Both the position numbers and the translations under genes were made by a program. 64,000 nucleotides of DNA, taken from assembly GCF_963506605.1 (NCBI RefSeq), contig NC_083279.1, positions 41,044,001 to 41,108,000 on the forward strand. Direction: 5' to 3'. The notes beneath the pieces were generated by a model. It worked only from the letters and a program-made list of their open reading frames with translations, was not told the origin of the DNA and searched no databases. Within the stretch, counting starts at the first letter, position 1, and each line of letters begins with the position of its first letter. Source of the DNA: Zootoca vivipara (Eukaryota). Positions 60,523 through 64,000 of the stretch are shown in pieces.

Positions 60523-61627
60523 TAATATATTATATTATTTATTTTCTGCGTTGATGGTTTTTTTGGGGGGGGTCTAGTTGTGTTACGTTGTATTCCTTTG
60601 ATCCACCTTGTGGGTTGAACTGAGTGGAAAGGCAGGACATGGCCAACCTTTGGCCCTCCTGTCAGTCCCAGTTCATATGGCCAATGATCGAGGATGATGG
60701 GAATTGTAGTCCAACAACAGCTCAGGATAGGGTGGGTGACTCTACCTGATCTGCAGAAGATATTCTCAGGTGGGGTGTACTTGTATTAATAGCCTCTGGG
60801 CGGTGGTGTTGCTACTACTGCTTGCCAGGAGGGGCGTGAACATCCATAGGGATTTTTCTAGGGGTTGGCAAAGAAAAAGATTGACAGTGGGGAACAAGCT
60901 ACTTTATTACAAAAATTTAGGAAAATAGTGCCTGTACATTTTGTTTCATATCTCGACTTCTACAGATGCTAGAAACTTACTGTTCATTTATTCAAATGAA
61001 ATCTGAGAATCCTGAGATTATGGTTCGTAGGGCAGGAAGTTGCCCCCTTGCTCCTTGTAGATCCCCATGGTCAGGGCAAAAGCAGTGGTGAGTTGGTGCT
61101 GTGCAGGTATGCTGGCAGCAAAATAGGATTGGATCCACAGGTGCATCCATGCAACGCTGACTTCATGGATCCTTTGACCCTCCCACTACCAATAAGTGGT
61201 AGGGGTGCCCTGTCAAGAGGCTATTACTGCAGCTCTGCCACCAGCAGGCAAGTCGTTCCTGTTCTGGGTGATGCGTCTTGAGGGGAAATGTCAACAAGCA
61301 ATTCTGTTGAATATTCTCCCAGTCTCATTGCCCCCAGTCCAATGTCAACTATGTGTGCAGAAATAATCTAGCCAAGGCTAATATGGCTGGATACGGTTTG
61401 TGGATGCAAAAGTTGCAGCATAGAGGGATTACATTCAGCACCTAGAGTTGTACATGTGGCAATAGTTTTCAATAAATGCTAATCTTGGAAAATGATTTTG
61501 GAAAAAAATGTACTGGTTGTTGTCCTTAAAGATCCTGACATGCCAGCATGATACAAAATAATGAAAAACTGTCCCCAAATGCCAAATCTTACTTGTAAAA
61601 GCCACTCTCGGCATAGCATTGTGAGCA

Positions 61628-61628
<1 letters not shown>

Positions 61629-61668
<40 letters not shown>
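61629..61668. repeat. (CA)n microsatellite
   Basis: Direct reading. Confidence 0.97.
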
Positions 61669-61670
<2 letters not shown>

Positions 61671-63063
61671 CCAAGAAAGGGAGACATGCAATTAATAGTT
61701 CTAGCATGGATCAGCAATTCACTTCAGCAGCATTCTGAAATAAACTATATTTGATATGGATTGGATTGGATCTTGGTATGCAGCAACACATCAGCTATCC
61801 ATTATCGGAGAAATCATTTCATTTATTCAAATGTCAGTCACATCTTCTGAGGTATGTTGTATTGACAGGAAGTTAGCACTGCTAAATAAAAATGAGTAAA
61901 GAAGAGGCTGGTTTTGCAATTCTCATCAAGGCTGCACTGTTTTTAAATTGAAGGCTTGAAGACTCCTTTCTGAATGAGGTGAGGCTGAATAAGTAGTCTC
62001 ATTGGCTGAGAAGGGGAATACAGAAAAAAATACCCACATTTGCTAGTTCTGATATTATTATTACTATTATTAAATTTATGGATCACCTTTTACATGCATG
62101 TCAAGGTGATTTATGGACATATGTAAACAACTAAACATAATTTTTAAAACAGTGCAAAAATATTGTTTAAAAACAATACATAACAGACATCTACGGCAGC
62201 GACCTTTCCCCCCTGCTGGACAAGATTGTTGAAACAAAATGGTTTTGAGTTGTTTCAGCTAGTGGATGTCTGTGATATGAACTATCCAATTATATTCTGC
62301 ATTGGAAATATGTTCTCTCCCAATCCAATGATTGTCCATTTATGTGAAGGGGGAAGACAGGCTTATGTTCTTAACAGTCAATGCACATCCACGGTGTACA
62401 AAACAGTGAGGCTGCTTTGGAAAGTTCTCAACACATCTGTCTGTCCCACCCATGCCTTGGCTTGTTCTGTGTGGCCTACTGAATAAGGAAACAATTATTA
62501 TATCATCATTGTTAAATTTATTGCATGCCCTTCAGTAGCTCATAGGGTGAGTTACAGCAAATTAAAATTCAGTATTAAAAATGCCGGTAGTTAAAACAAA
62601 TTACAATTAAGGGAACAGAATGGACCTTAAAAACATAGGTTTCAGGTGTCAAAGCCCAGAAGGACCACTAACATTTGAATAAATTTGAGAGTAATAGGAT
62701 AAATAGCAATAACAACAATAGAAAAAACAGTAGCAGTAAAGCAAACTCAGTGCTAAACTAATAACAGGTTTTCACTATGTAATATATTGAAAATGTCATT
62801 TACATTCTATAAATGTAGATGGATTCTTCTTGTAACTGTCTCAATCAATAAAGAAGAAGGTCAAGCAAGACAGCAAAGTTCACCTGCCCTAGTACATTTT
62901 GAGATGTCACAAAAGACAGCATATAGACAATCCTTCATCAAACAGTGATCTGCCCTGCTTGACCCAGGATAATTTCATATGACCATTTCAGGGCATGACA
63001 GCGGCAGGAGAAGGTTAACCTATGCTGAGTGCCAGCTACTTCGATGTGGGCCTCACACTCAGA

Positions 63064-63099
<36 letters not shown>

Positions 63100-63213
63100 C
63101 CACCCATCTGGCTGACTTTCCACAGCCACTCCGGGGGGCTCGTCTTCTAAAAGCAGTGTAGTTCTTTATCTCCTTGACATCTGATGGGAGGGCGTTCCAC
63201 AGGGAGGGTGCCA
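63064..63213 (-). mobile_element. L2 3' end with (AAT)n tail, internally deleted
   Basis: CACCCATCTGGCTGACTTTCCACAGCCACTC and GGGAGGGCGTTCCACAGGG are shared with 35420-35605. Confidence 0.8.
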
Positions 63214-63527
63214 TGTCATGTGGTAACCCCAAGAAAGAAACTGGCTTACCTAATTATAAAGAATTTGATTAACAACAACAACCCTTTTGGTTTAACATGT
63301 TGCCTTAAGGGCTTTCCATATTTACTCACGCTCGAAAATGCTAGGAAATTGTAGCTGTTAAGGGCCTTAACAGACATATTATTCAGGTAATGTTGATATG
63401 GTGTGATATCTTATCCTCTCGTCAGTTACAATTTCACTGCAGTCTTTGAGATGGCTGGCTGTTGGTGGCAGAGAAGTGGATGTAAGTCCTGGATATGAGT
63501 CTATGCAACTGAACCTATCATTCTACA

Positions 63528-63785
63528 TTGTGATCACTCGTAGCCGAATAAGATTGTCTTCCATGAATATGGTCTTAACATGTGTCCGTAAGTGACTGTG
63601 GAGGGCAATTCTGGATACACACGCCCTTCCACAGTGGGGACGTAGGTTTCTGGGCGGGAGTTGGTCACAGTGAGGATTTGCCAAACATGCCTTCCTCTTA
63701 GCTCGTTTCTCCCTTTCTTCCTGAGTTAATGCTTCTTCAAAGTCCATGACTCTTTGGTAGAGGCTATTCTCCAATTCGAGTGCTT
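63528..63785 (-). mobile_element. RTE-clade LINE 3' end (not BovB) with C-terminal C2H2-like finger
   Basis: EKRAKRKAC...PHCGRACVSRIALHSHLRTH, typical of RTE ORF termini (CP.CGR.C.SRIGL.SH.RTH). Confidence 0.8.
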
Positions 63786-63851
63786 GCATTACAAGTACCC
63801 AACCAGCAGCTGACTTACTGATTCAACTGACATGCCCATATCACTCTATGG

Positions 63852-64000
63852 CAGGGCCATCTCTAGGCCTGGGCTGGGTGGCACTATGCGCCAGGGCGCC
63901 TGGCCACCAGGGGCGCTGCTGCGTCCGCCAGACAGCTGATGTCTGTGAGAAGGACTTTCCTTCCTTCCGTTCTGTGCCGCACCCGGAGCCTCTGTCCTGC
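63852..64000. mobile_element. GC-rich hAT-like element, left end; runs off the window
   Basis: CAGGGCCATCT start and GGCTGGGTGGC...GCGCCAGGGCGCC shared with the 16490-16707 insert. Confidence 0.7.

Overview
This is vertebrate, AT-rich, non-coding DNA, almost certainly from a squamate reptile and probably a lacertid lizard, judging from Sauria SINEs, BovB, squamate CR1/L2 and Penelope-type elements. I could not recognise a host protein-coding exon, tRNA or rRNA gene, so the window looks intronic or intergenic. Every ORF in the supplied track that I can interpret comes from a transposon. The window is a dense, nested mosaic of mobile elements: three BovB LINE 3' ends, two Sauria SINEs, many CR1 and L2 fragments, an RTE 3' end, a solo LTR, DIRS/Ngaro-like terminal repeats, and many hAT and Tc1/mariner MITEs with readable target-site duplications (TSDs). 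The most notable items are: (i) a 1.24-kb ORF-less, CpG-rich, hairpin-headed, polyadenylated retroelement with a perfect 15-bp TSD (3446-4687); (ii) two tiny Penelope-like insertions that each keep a minimal hammerhead-ribozyme core (about 26.5 and 27.3 kb), in or beside an inverted-plus-direct local duplication; (iii) a chimeric MITE that has captured an L2 tail; (iv) a CR1 whose endonuclease region is fused directly to its 3' end; (v) a candidate conserved element or 42-aa small ORF at 59.8 kb. Family names come from recall of consensus motifs, not from database searches.
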